Assembly (NCBI GenBank): GCA_000708835.1
Contig: DF237102.1
Location: forward strand, 106,153 to 170,152
Length of the DNA stretch: 64,000 nucleotides
From: Klebsormidium nitens
Lineage: Eukaryota > Plantae > Klebsormidiophyceae
Reading direction: 5' to 3'
Shown here piece after piece: positions 1 to 13,000 of this stretch; the first letter of the stretch is position 1; every line of letters begins with the position of its first letter. A model generated the notes under the pieces. It made no database searches, had not been told where the DNA came from, and saw only the letters and a list, made by a program, of their open reading frames with translations. The position numbers and the translations under genes are program-made.

Positions 1-676
1 GGCTCGTATATTGGTACTGTGCATCCACGTAGGTGATGTCTGGACGTCTTTTCTGGAATGCAAACTATCTTAAGTTTGGCGAGAGTACGCATTGCAAGGC
101 AAAGATAATGCCGGTGAACCGCCACAAAGCGCTCGGGCCGCATAACGACGAAGCGCAAACATTGCTTACAACAAAGGTCGGCCCGGCGGTCTGGTCGAAT
201 CTATACTGCAAAGTCTATAAGCTTCTATAATACCCATGTTTGCAATACGAACCACATGTGCAACACAATCTCCGCGTTGAGCTGGCCTGATTGGTCTGCC
301 AAGTACCATTTAATGAAGATCGACAGTCGGATGAGACCATCGTCGGACCATCATCATTTGATAAGGCTAGTATATGCCGTTCATTGTACCTATGCAAGCC
401 GGGCCAACTTACTACATCCAATAACGATTGAATCATGATTAAGGAGCCAAACAATACGATCGAAGTGCACCGGCCGCGCGCGCGCTTGCTAGCCTGATTA
501 CCGGTATATAAAAAGCTTCTGTTCTATCATATATCCGATATCGGCCACATCATGCAGCAGCTCTGATCTGGGCGCGCGACTCGGAGGGATGCGGCCGGCT
601 CAGCGCCGCGGCCGCGCTCTGGCAGTGTCACATCCCAAACCCTGCTACCAAAGGATTTTGGAGTTTCAACAGCTTT

Positions 677-715
677 TAGGGTTTTGGCGCAAGCCGAGGC
701 GTCTTTGGCGCCAAA
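677..715. promoter_or_regulatory. Putative telo-box plus two E2F-type sites upstream of MSH6
   Basis: TAGGGTTT at 677-684 (reverse complement AAACCCTA, telo-box), TTTGGCGC at 683-690 and palindromic TTTGGCGCCAAA at 704-715, about 380 bp upstream of the MSH6 ATG. TTTSSCGS is the established E2F consensus, and MSH6 is a typical S-phase/E2F target. Confidence 0.5.
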
Positions 716-1088
716 ATTTTCCAAAACATGTGAAGCAACTTGAACAACAAGTTGAAGGAGTGGCGAAATCTCAAATCTGGAACTGTTTGCAGGCCTTTCT
801 GCTTCTGTACGAACGTCAATGGTCATGCAGTCTGAAGAGCAGGCTGAATATGTACGGTACCTACTAAGGTACCCAGTGGGATGGTTGCGGCTCGCATGCA
901 TCTACCTATGCGGTTGGACGTCTCAAAACATGGATCAACATACGTAGGCGTCAAGCGCCTTCCAGTCAGCTTCTGACCACTATGCAATGATCCAAAGAAG
1001 CTGCAGCCATTAAATCCTGAAAAGCTGGGCCCTGGTCACATTCTTGGCATAGCACGCAAGTGCACTCGTCGTTTGAAAGGGATTTACG

Positions 1089-4000
1089 ATGACAGGAGGC
1101 GCCCGGAAATCCTCTGGCGCTTCCGGTGGTGTATCTCAGCGAAGTATTAACTCCTTCTTCGCTCCTAAGAAGCCGAAGAAAGCACCGGAGAATCAACCAA
1201 TTGCAAAAAATCCTGGCGCCGCAGAAGAAGAGGCCATAGCACGGGTTTCCACTGAGCTGCCTGTGCTCACTGCCACTGCTAAGCATAATGCTGGAAAGGA
1301 GCAAGGTGCTCCGAGTCTGGCCCGTGACAACCAGACCACCCCAAAAAAGCAGAACGGGCTGCTGCAGACGGCTCCTGCTGCTGTGCGGAATGGTGATTCA
1401 CTCAGGAGCTCCCCAAGGAATGTCAAGACCAAGGAAGGTTCAAACACTGCGACACCTTTAGGTGCCCGTCTTCTCAGCAAGAGGCTCGAAATCTTCTGGC
1501 CTGCAGACCAAGCTTGGTACTGGGGCGTAGTAGAAAAGTATGACTCAGCAACGGGCAAGCACACCGTATTGTATGATGATGAAACAGTGGAGGAATTGGT
1601 TCTGGCAGATGAGAAGCTTAGGTGGTCAGATGGTGGAGAAGTGGTTGACCACGTGAACAGCGCGCTGGCGAAGAGTCCCCCGGTTGTTGGTCGGGGGCTG
1701 AAGAGGGGACGTAGAAGGGTGACTTACTTAAGCGAAGATGATGAAGACGATGGATCTGACATCAAAGAACAGGAGAAGGACGCAGACTTTGTGGTCGAGT
1801 TGAATGATGCGACAGCTCAGGTGAGATCTGCGTCTCGTCCTTAGAAGGACACCAATTCCTGTTCACCCTTTCGCACTTTGATGAGATTCTTCTGCTGAAG
1901 CATGATGAGATGCACGAGCTGCCAGCCGGAGTTACCTTGCTGAGAAAACGATGTCTGACAGCACTGTGCTTCCTGCAGGCTGATATAGAGGAAGAGATGA
2001 TGGACATGGACAATGACGAGGTCAGCGATGATGAAGGTGGTGGCAAGAAGAAGCAAAAGAAACAAGCTCAGAAGAGGAGAAAGACTGCGAAGACTCTCAC
2101 TCCCAAGAAGGGTGCAGAACAGAAAAATTCTACAGATGCGTCGCCTGGGGTCGAGAACTTGCCGAGTACGTTTTCAATCGAACGTACACCGACCTTTTTG
2201 GCACGAAATTCTTCAGAAACACAAGCAAAGGGCAGGCTAGGCAGTCAGCTTCAAACTTTTGACGTTTCCATTGAGTGCGGTGGATTAGGTTACTGCGTAA
2301 GGTCTAATGCATCATTCTGAAGTCGTTCAAAGCTCGAGCAGTTCCATACTCAGCACAGACTTCGCCTGCGGTGCCTGCGGTACTGGCCTTCTGAAGCTCT
2401 TGGTTCTAACAGCTTACAATCCAAGGCGTTTGAGTGCAGCATCAGCTTCTGCTCTTGCTCCACTTGCAGTTGGCAAGTCTTTCCTGCTTGACCTTCCATG
2501 CAGGTGCTGTCCCTGTGATACAGCCATACACGGACGGTCTGAACGCATTGCAGACCCGGCGATCACCTGACGGGAGTATGCTTCGGGCAGCAATTGAAGC
2601 AGAAAAGCAAGAGCAGAAAGCAGCGCCGCCCGCCGCCGGAGTTGGAGTTCCTGAGCTGTATGGAGAAGCGAGTGCAAGATTTGGGACCCGAGTTGCTGAG
2701 ATCTTCGACTTCCTTCTGCCGTGAGCACACTCTTATCACTCATGCCTCCTTATCTGATTGATTGGCCTGCTTCACTGTGAAAGTGTGATGTAAATTCAAG
2801 TTCAATGCTGTTCAATCTGGCGCAGCTTTCTGGTTGGCTTGCTCTCAGGCTACATTCTCAGTCCAAGTCTGCTTTGATCAATTCCTCTGCAGGAAAAAGC
2901 GAAGAGATGCCGATGGGAGGCGTCCTGGGGATGAAGGATACAATCCTCACACTGTATCTTTGACCAAAGACTTTTTGAAGAAGCTATCTCCTGGTCAGGT
3001 CAGTTACTACCTGCTTCTAGATACTACAGTTCGTAGGATGATGTTGCAGTGTGATGCAGATCCTTGGCAAATGCCTAAATGGTGTCAATTTCTTCATTCC
3101 TTGGGCAGTAATAGATAAAATGGTATTCCGCTACTGCTACTTTGTGGCAAACGTCGTTTTGGAGACGGCCATGCCTGTCCATCCCTTACCGAAGTCGACC
3201 CAAAGACGAGAGTCTGATGCTTTCCATCATGTCGTGGTTGCAGCGGCAGTGGTGGGAGTTTAAGGCTCAACATCTGGACAAGGTCCTTCTTTTCAAAGTA
3301 AGCCAGTCAACCTGATGCTTTCTTATGATGCTTAGTACAGATTGAAGTACTCACCACATCTTTCGAGGCAGAACATCTTTTGAAAACATGGTAGGAACGT
3401 GCACTTTGCTTCATTCAACAACAGAGTCAGCGGAGAGTCAAACAAAGCGGTTTGAAAGATTGTCCGCACTTTAGGTCTGCTTAGCTCTCCTTGGAAGGAT
3501 GTTGCGTCATTTGATGCACGCTCCGTCTTTTGCAGATGGGAAAGTTTTACGAAATGTTTGAAATGGATGCACATGTTGGCGTACAAGAGCTCAACTTGAT
3601 TTACATGAAGGTAAGGTGATCTGCCAGGGCTTACTTTAAGGTTAGATTAGATGAAGTTCATCTGACTAGATTTCAGCCATTCCTGCTGCATGGAAAGGCC
3701 CACGATTTGCACTATCTGCGCTCCATTTGGACGACGTTCTATACGAAGTGACTGTCCACGTAAAATTTAGTTCGCAATCGTTGCCTGCCCTGAGGTCTTA
3801 GGTTGGGTATGCTGTCACCTAATGAAACCCTCGTTTTCGCTGGTTCTTTGGCGTAGCTTTTGCTTGGAGCATCACGTTGGTGTGCTTGTCAGCCTCACAA
3901 CCCGGCATGCTCTGCTTTGCAGGGAGACCAGCCTCATTGCGGATTCCCAGAGAAGGGTTTCTCGCCCAACGCAGAGGCCCTGGCAAGGAAGGTAATTCAC

Positions 4001-7000
4001 GAAGGTCTATGCTCTCATATGCATGATGGACAAAGCACAGATTCCTCTGTTAAGCTAGTTACAGAGCAAGGTGTCAAGCTTTGCGCCCTGTGCCCTGCAA
4101 GTCAGCAACGCAAGGAAAAGGTTCCGTGTTTCTCGAAGCTCCTGATAGAAGCGAAGACAACCATGCCTTCATTTAATTTTGTCCCTGAGTGGTTGCGTGG
4201 TCAAGATGCTCGAAAACCTCAAGGAGCTCGCTAATTGGTGATACAGGGATACCGTGTCCTTGTGATCGAGCAAGTCGAGACGCCAGCTCAGATGGCGCAG
4301 CGCAACAAGGAGAAAGGCACTAGGGACTCGGTATGGCTCCTTCTTTCTCAAGTGTTCCTCCACTTCAGAGCGTAGTGGGTGACTGCAAAGGGCTGTGATA
4401 ATATGGTGGCCGCCTGGCTGTCCCTTTCTCGAGACGGCTTTGATGTGGGGTTTGCCGCTTAAGCGCCCTGCCCTGCAACACACATTGTCGAGATGTCGGC
4501 CCAACGTTTCCCCTGCTTTGCACTTACTTTGGTGGCGGCTTGCCTGGATGCGTGAAAAGTGGTTCTTCGTCAACCAGCTTTCCTTTGCATACCACGAATT
4601 GTTGCAAGATAGAGCCACCCACTGTCCCCTGCTCATACGTACCCTCTGCTGTTTGCAGGTTGTCAGGAGAGAAGTTGTGTCTGTCCTGACCAAGGGCACG
4701 CTTGTGGAGGCCGACATGCTGGCGTCACATCCTGAGGCGTCCTACATCCTGTCAGTGACGGAGCTTGCGCCGACGAGCGAGCGAGCATCGGACCTGGAGA
4801 ACGGGTCGGCAGTGGTTGGAGTGTGTGCCGTTGACACTGCGACCAGTACGTTCTTGGTTGGACAGGTACGTGAAATTGGTGTCATGATTCCTGACCGTAC
4901 CACGACAGAGGTTTCTTTCTCCGATTACAGGTAAATGTCGTCTTTCGCAAAAATAGTGCTCCCTCTTTTGCTCAGCAACGTACTCGCCCTTTTGCGCTAT
5001 AGAGGCATTGATTGCTCAACTGCCCGTCGAGGGTAGAACGGCTCAAGCTAAGTTTCCGTTCTCCTGAAAAGGATTGTCAACCCAACGCGGAAGGTGGCTA
5101 CTAACGTCATACTGACGTCAACTGCAGTTTGTGGACGACGCTCACCGGGGGCGGCTGCGTTCGATCCTGGCCGAGCTGCGGCCCGTCGAACTGATCAAAC
5201 CGCGGGGCGCCCTCGACCCGGCCACCGAGCGGGCGCTCAAGGACCACACCCGCCAGCCACTCGTCAACGATCTTGCTCCCGAGGACGAGGTAGGACCCGC
5301 CAACTTTGCCAAGGCAGCGGCAGCTCTATTCTTCGTCTCCCAAACGACTCACTGGAAGCCGGCAGAATGGCTTAGCCAATACCCGACGGCAAACGACGCT
5401 TTTCTGGAGCGGGTCGGTTTCAACAGAAAAGTCTCCTAAACAAACGTCACGAAGGTGCTCACGAGATTGCTTTTCCTTTGTGGGAAGCATGGTCGTCTTC
5501 CAACTTGCGAGCTGTGCGACAGCCTGTCATTTGAGTGCTTTTTCCTGCCTGAAGGACGCATCATTTTTGATCTGCTACGTCTTTGGCAAAGTTCTGCCGA
5601 AGCCACATTTACTAGAACGTCCGAACGGCAGCGACGATGCGCACAAAGGCCAGACAATGGTCGTCTGCAGATATCCAAGCACGTAGGCCCTGACGGTTAA
5701 GGGATGCCATCTGGCACGTTTGAACGGTCTGGTAGAAGCAAAGCACGTGGCTTTGGCTTACAGCTGACGTAACTCGTTCTCCAACGTGTGTCTGTAATCT
5801 GCAAGTTGTGAACTTTGACCTTACGAGCATGGTCTGAAGCTGCTAGTTTGTTCTCGCGGTCCTCTGACAGCCCTCCGTGGGCTTTTGCCCCTGCAGTTTT
5901 GGACGGCCGACCGCACCAAGTCCGAGCTGACCACCTTCTTTGGCTCGCTCGAGTTGAGCACCGGCGAGTCCTCGTGGCCGCCCTACCTCCGTCGCCTCGC
6001 GCAGTCCGACGCCGACGGCGCGGCCGCCATCTCCGCGCTCGGGGGCGCCGTCTTCTACCTCCGGCAGGTAGATAAATCTCGACACCAGGAAGGACCTAAT
6101 ACCGTCAGTTCACATCGGGGGACGGGTGAGGTTGATATCGGGTTACGAGTTGTTCGGGTGCGGAGCGCGTCACCTTTTTCGGTTAGCCTTTTCGACTGAG
6201 CCATTGCATCCCTTACTATACTGGTGATTCTAGGTTGCTTTTATCAGGAAATTGTTTTACGTACATAAACCCAAACTTTCACGCGTTCCGCACCCCACCC
6301 ACCCTAATCCCCAAAGTGACCCCACCCGTCCCCCGGGTGCTTATAGCTCAAAATCGGCCCTTAAACGATCGAAAGTTCCCGGAGTCTCGGTATTTGCGTA
6401 TACTTTTATTGGATCTGTTCGAAACACTAACCGGGTATTCCGGCAGGCCCTGCTCGAGTCGGACGTCCTGGCGCTCGGGAGGATTGAGCCGCTGCCGGGC
6501 AGCGCGGACGCGTGCCTGGAGGCGCAGGCGCAGAAGGACGACGGGCGGGACGTGTACATGGTGCTGGACAGCGCTGCGCTGGAGAACCTGGAGGTGAGCT
6601 TCGTCTTGTTTTCAGTGATCCGGAAAAGAAATGGGGTGACAGGGGGAGGTCGGGAAACTTACTAGCGCTGGAGGATCCGGAGCTGAGCTTTATCGCTAGT
6701 ATGGCCAAAAAACCACTAAGAAGAAAGAGAGGAAGAAGAAAGCCGGCTAGCGCCGCTCTGGGGAACCTAGAGGCCAGCAGGTGGATCCCGTGAATTGGCA
6801 TCGCCAATGTACCACTGCGCGCCCCACGCTCCTGATAGGCATGGGCCTTGAGAGAAGTGTTATTTCTGCTGTGTTCGTGCACATTATAGCAGAGTAGCTG
6901 AGCATCTCGATCGGTGTGCTGCTGATGCAGAAGTGGCTTGCTCGCATGATTCGAAAGGTCTTGTCACGTTCGCATGAGCATCGAGAGTCGAGGACGATTT

Positions 7001-10000
7001 GAGGGTCAGCCGCGAAATGTGTTACTGGACACTAAGTGAATGAAAGCTTCTGGGGTTTGCAGGCCTTCTAAAAGCTGCTGAAAAGTCACGGTACTTGTCC
7101 GCTGGCTTGCGCGCATAACTCTTGTGGCTCGTGCATTATAAGTTCTGGTCGCCTTGTACAAGTATCTTCGAACCGCCTGACTGGGAAAAGGCCGCTCAAT
7201 ACGGGCAGGTTTATAGACGTTGTTTACGGGCTTTTTCATGCAGATCCTCGAGAACAACAAGGATGGCGGCACCTCTGGTACGCTACTGGCAACTTTGGAC
7301 CACTGCACGACAGCAATCGGGCGACGGATGCTCCGCGCCTGGCTCTGCCGGCCCCTCCAGAGCGTGAAGGCCATCACAGCCCGACAGGTAACCTCGCACG
7401 CAGTCTGCTCCTGAGAAACCCTGTCACAGCGGGATTGTACAAAGGAAGTATCAATGCAGCCAGATGCGGCGTTCCCTGATTTCCAACCCCTTCAAAGTCA
7501 TCTGATGGTTCGCATTGGCCGTACCTTGGAATCGAGTCTGGTAGAAATATGACAACACCAAGAGGCGGGGTGCGCTGTTGTGCAGTCGTCGACCTCTGCA
7601 CCGGTTGTTCATACAGCGCCAGATAGTGCATAGCTCTGCAATATGCCACGGCTACGACAAAATCTCGATCAAAATACTGATATGGTACCAACCCCAAGCT
7701 CTGGTAACAAGCGGTTGTATATCCTCCTCTTTATTATAGGTTCAGTAAGCTTTGAACATTGTAAGCTTCTACCCTAACACTAAAAACCTAACCCTTAAAA
7801 TCACCCTTATCCGCACCCGTACCCACCCTAAACCCCCAACCTAACCCCACCCGTCCCAGGCTAGCTTACTATACCCGAAGCTAATTATATCTAAACAGAA
7901 GCTGTATGTTTAACTGTGCAGGAAGCGATTCTTGATCTCAAGCAGGGCCCCGGGGCCGATGCCATGGGCCGGGCGAAGAGGCTGCTCGCCGGGCTGCCGG
8001 ACCTGGAGAGGCTCCTCGCGAGGTTGCACGCAGTCAGCAGCGGCAGCGGCCGTCATGCCGACAAGGTGGTCCTGTACGAGGTGAGCCGCGTGAAGCACGC
8101 ACTCTTCTCACTGTTAGGGTTCAGGATCACCCTTAAAAAAGCCTCTCGTTGTTCCGACGTCAGCCCGGCTCTCAAAAGTGGGCTGTTGACAAGCCAGCCG
8201 ACCTTCCACGTCTTTTCTACAAGAAAGACGAGAAATGGGATCTATTTTCACCATCAACATGCTTGCTGTCAGGGCGCAGACTTGACCCAGGGATGGAAAT
8301 GACATTGCCAATCCCTTAGATCCCTCCCCCCGTGTGTGATGGCCTTCAAAACGCAACCCCTTCACGTCAATACTTGAGAATCTGCCCTTGAACACCCCGA
8401 CTTTCTGACCCCAATACCGCCAGGAATGGAAGTACTTGGAACCTGAAGCCCTGAGTCTTCCCCCAGGACGAGGCCAAGAAGAAGTTGGGCGAGTTCATTT
8501 CCATCCTGCGCGGCTGCAAGGCGGTCGTCGACGCCGTCGAGGGCTTCCAGGCCTGCAAGGACAAGCTGACGTCACCCCTGCTGAGGCGCTTGGTGACGAT
8601 TGGGGAGCTGTTCCCGCGGGAGGTGGTCCCCGCGCTCGAGCACTTCGAAGAGGCGTTTGACTGGGCTCAGGCCGAGAAGGAAGGCCGCATTGTGCCGACC
8701 GGCGCGGTGGACGACAAGCTGGACGCTGCGGCAGAGGTATGGCTCTGGAAGCTGCTGTTTAGGTGCTGATTAAGTGCTGGTTACGTGCTGGTTAAGTGGC
8801 GGTTAAGGTCCTGTCTACCAGAGGCAGTGAGACAATTCAGTGGAAGGTTTCGGTGGAAGAGTGCATTGAATCACATTGTGCCCATAGGGGCGTTCGACAA
8901 CAAAATTGATGCCGCAGCGCAGATATTGCACTGGATTTCGGCAAGTAAGTGCCGGTCAGATGCCGCTCAACCGCAAATCAACGCGTTCCCTCCGAGACGC
9001 AGTGAAAGAGTTCAATGGAAGGTCTTAAGGAAGGAGCTGATTAGAAAGTCGTGTGCAGATTGTGATGGCCCAAGATCTGCCCTTAACTCCCACCGGTGGC
9101 ATGGGCTCTTCTCAGCAAGCTTGACGTGGTCTCCTGCTTGCAGCGAATCGCCGCGGTCGAGGGCCAGCTGGAGGAGTATCTCGAGGAGCAGAAGAAGAAG
9201 CTCAAGTGCCGGTCAATCACCTATGTCAACGTCAACAAGGACCGCTACCTCCTCGAGATGCCCGAGACAACCAAGGTAATACCGCGATTTGTTTCTATTA
9301 GAGCTTTAGGGTTTAGGATAGAGGGTTTTCTTTTTTGTGGGTTATAAGTCCCTTGAGTTAGGGTTCAGTTCAAATGTCTTTATTGGCAGCTGTAATGTTC
9401 TTCGGCCGTGGAGTAGCTCTGGCAAATGCTTTCAACATCTTAAGCAAAGCTCTGGGCATTGTTGGGTCGAAGGCAGGCGTCCCAATGCTCGATGGGATTG
9501 TCAACACCTCTTTGCGGTTGGACGGGTGATGCCCGCAGCGAAAGCGAAACGGAGCGGTTGAGAAACACGCGGGCGCCGGTGATTGTACAATAACCCGAAA
9601 GCGGCATGCTTTCTAAAAATGCCACGGGCCTTTGTCCGGGACAGTGGACCTTCTGGCAGTGAATGTCTCTGCGCAGATTGTATTACATTGTTGACGTGTT
9701 GTCGTTACTTCCTTCCTTTTCTTCGTGTCCCCAAAGTGGCAAAGACCCATCCTCCGCCCACCGCAATCTTGCTTGAGCTTTAGCCCGATTCGGCCTGGGC
9801 ACGAACTAATCCGGCTCCCTTCGCGCAATTTCTGCTGGATTTTGAGCGCGAATTCAGAGAAGGGCGTGCTACGCTAGATTATGGCTTGGTCCACGCAGGT
9901 TGCCGCGAAAGTTCGAGGGCGGCACTAGAGTAAAGAGCGACCTCCCGCTCAAACCCGGTTCTGGAAACACAGAGTCCTCAAGTCCGGCTCCGTCCGCCTA

Positions 10001-13000
10001 GGTTCCGCTGGATTCAAGCTTGGTTTTGGAACATGGGGTCTGCACTTTTACGTCGCAGGTTCCGCTGAACTTTGAGCGCGGCTCCGGAAAGAAGGGCGTG
10101 CAACGGTACCGCCACCCAATCATCGAGGACCTGCTGGCTGAGCTGGCCGGTTTTGGAAACATGAAATACTTACTTTTCCCGCTTCTCCCACGCAGGTTCC
10201 ACTGGACTTTGAGCGCGGCTCCGGGAAGAAGGGCGTGCTGCGTTACCACACCCCAATCGTCAAGGACCTCTCGCGAAGCTGGTCGATTCTCGGAACACGA
10301 GGTATCCACTTTTTCGGTTCCGTCCCGGCAGGTTCCGCTGGAATCTGAGCGCGGCTCCGGAAAGAAGGGCGTGCTCGCGGTACAACACCCAAAACATCAT
10401 GGCGGAGCTGGTCGATTCTGGGAACACGACGAATCCACTTTTCCGGTTCCGTCCCCGCAGGTTCCGCTGGACTTCGAGCGCGGCTCCGGGAAGAAGGGCG
10501 TGCTGCGCTACCACACCCCGGTCGTGAAGGACTTGCTGGCGGAGCTAGCGGAGGCGGAGGTGGAGAAGGAGGACGCGCTCAAGGGCATCTTTCGCAAGCT
10601 GCTGCAGCACTTTTGCAGGTGCGATCGCGCACTCTCATACGCTATGCCGAATAGGCGGGCTGCATAAGGGTCTGATTGACAGCGCCGCCCACTTTTCTGT
10701 GATTGGACAAACAGACAAGCTGCACATTGGGCTGACTGCAGGGTAGAGTCGAGGAGACTAGTCAATCTGGGTCTGATGCCGGGGACGATGTTGGAAGTGT
10801 TGACTTGGCGCGGTGTGGATTTGGAAGGGCTTTATCTATCAATGATTGGTAGAATGGACGTGAAATTGGCACTAAAAGTCGCCAAGTCATCACTGTCAGC
10901 AGCATCTCCGGTCTTGCTTACACAGACTGATTCCTTCTTGACGTCGCTGTGACACTTCAACGTCCAGATGCCTTCTAATGGTGCAATGTCGCCTCTCCGG
11001 GACAGAACTTGTTTGGGTCCTCGTGCGAAAAAAGATGTACTGACTGACATTTGAGAATACCAGGTGAAACGGGATAGGTTGAGGACCCTTAGTTATCCAT
11101 CGGAAAGCTGGGCTCGGCTCGTTTTTAGATTAATGCGAGATGCGGTTTCCATCTGAGTTTTTGAGTTGAGCAAAATCCATTTGATCATTATGTTCCGTTA
11201 GGTTAGGAGAGCCCCTCTCATGCTGTTCTCAGCATTGAAGGTGCCGGTAAAACATGTCTTCTGAAGTCACCCCCCCTCTCCACACATCAACAGCGTGAAT
11301 GTCCGGAATGGTCGTTTTGCTCATTTACACTCCCCTTATAACCTGCAGGGACCACTCCGCCTGGACCGCCGCCATCAAGGCCATCGCCCAGCTGGACGCT
11401 CTCAGCAGCCTGGCTGGGGCAAGCCTCTGCTCCGACACCCCCATGTGCCGCCCCACGTTCACACCCCCCTCCGAAGAATCTCTAGGCGTCCCGGCCAGCT
11501 TCGAAACCCCTAAAGCTTCCGAAGCCCCCCAGTGGCTGTACGCCAAGGGCCTGCGCCACCCGTGCCTCCACTCTGGGGCCACCATCGCTTCGGGGGGGTC
11601 GTTTGTGCCCAACGACACGTGTCTCGGGGAGCCTGCGGGAGCCCCCCCGTTCATGCTCCTGACGGGGCCCAACATGGGCGGGAAGTCAACCCTCCTGCGG
11701 CAGGTGGGCGCGAGTCCTTGCCATTTTGTGCTCTGCTTTTACGCTTGTTTTTTCAAGAGGCGTCTGCCACACGTCCCCCCTCGTCAGAGCCCGTCAGGCC
11801 CACGATGCCGACGGCTTCGTTTTGCCCAGTTCGACGCCTGCGGGAATTGCAATCAGAATTCTCTCACAAGTCTCGTGGCGACGAAGATACGCAGAATGCA
11901 GCAAAAGTGTCGTTGCGAAGTCGGGGCTCCGCAGACCCCTTCCAAGTCAAAGATCGCAAGGTAATCAGATCCGGCTGCACAGCGCTGCACTTGCATGAAA
12001 GCGGGGTTTGGTTTGTTTGAGTTAGGGACATCCATGCAACTCAACATGTAAGTATAACCAAGCCCAAATCCAGAAGGCTTTTCTGTGCAGGTCTGCCTGG
12101 CCGTCGTGCTAGCGCAAGTGGGCGCCGACGTTCCTGCGGAGGCCTTCAGCCTCTCCCCCGTCGACCGCATCTTTGTGCGCATGGGGGCGCGCGACCACAT
12201 CATGTCCGGCCAGAGCACCTTCTTCGTGGAGCTGTCCGAGACGGCCGCAATGCTGAGGAGCGCCACCAGGTGAGGCGCCAGCGTGACGTCAGCGCATGAA
12301 ACAAAACGCCACGGGCTGTCAGGGACGTTTAGTTTCCTTTGTAAATTCCAGGAATGGCGTCTGGGTTCACCTCAGGCAGGGCTTGGGAGTTTTCTTTCTG
12401 CCTAGGTTTTGTAAATCATCCGTAATGGAAAGAATAGGTGATCAAGTGTGAGCAAAAGCTTTTGGCTCCCCGAAGGACGTCCTCGTCTGACCACCCTCAT
12501 CTGACATCGTCGTTCAAAACCCCTCGTTTCCTTAACCCCAACTCTTGAAGCCCTAACCTTCAGGCTCTCCATCTTTCAATGCCTCACCTCGTGAACGCCT
12601 TCATTTCCGAAGACCCAGGGTTCCTGACGAGGATGATGAAACCGTGACTCCGCCTTTAGACCCCTGACAATGTTGACACCCTGACGCCGTCTCTAAAATC
12701 CTGACAATAAAATCGCCTCTCGGTCTCTAGAATCCTGACAATGGAATTGCCTCTAGATTCTGACAGTACTGACGTTACCCTTGCTGACGTCAGGAGCTCC
12801 CTGGTGACGCTGGACGAGTTGGGCCGCGGTACCGCCACCACCGACGGGGCCGCGATCGCGTATGCGGTTTTGGACCACCTGGCGCACTCGGTGGGCTGCC
12901 GGGGCATGTTCAGTACGCACTATCACCGCCTCGCGGACGAGCACGCGGACAACCCGGCGATCCAGCTCCGCCACATGGCGTGCAAGGTGCGGATCAGCGA

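Noticed and set aside
505-515. TATATAAAAAG as the MSH6 TATA box
   Set aside because: About 575 bp upstream of the ATG and upstream of the E2F cluster, with no TSS evidence; cannot be assigned.
9832-10460. Regularly spaced repeats (also 27055-27530 and 57137-57700) as CRISPR arrays
   Set aside because: Units are 130-180 bp, degenerate, have related rather than unique spacers, copy eukaryotic exon junctions, and no cas genes are present.
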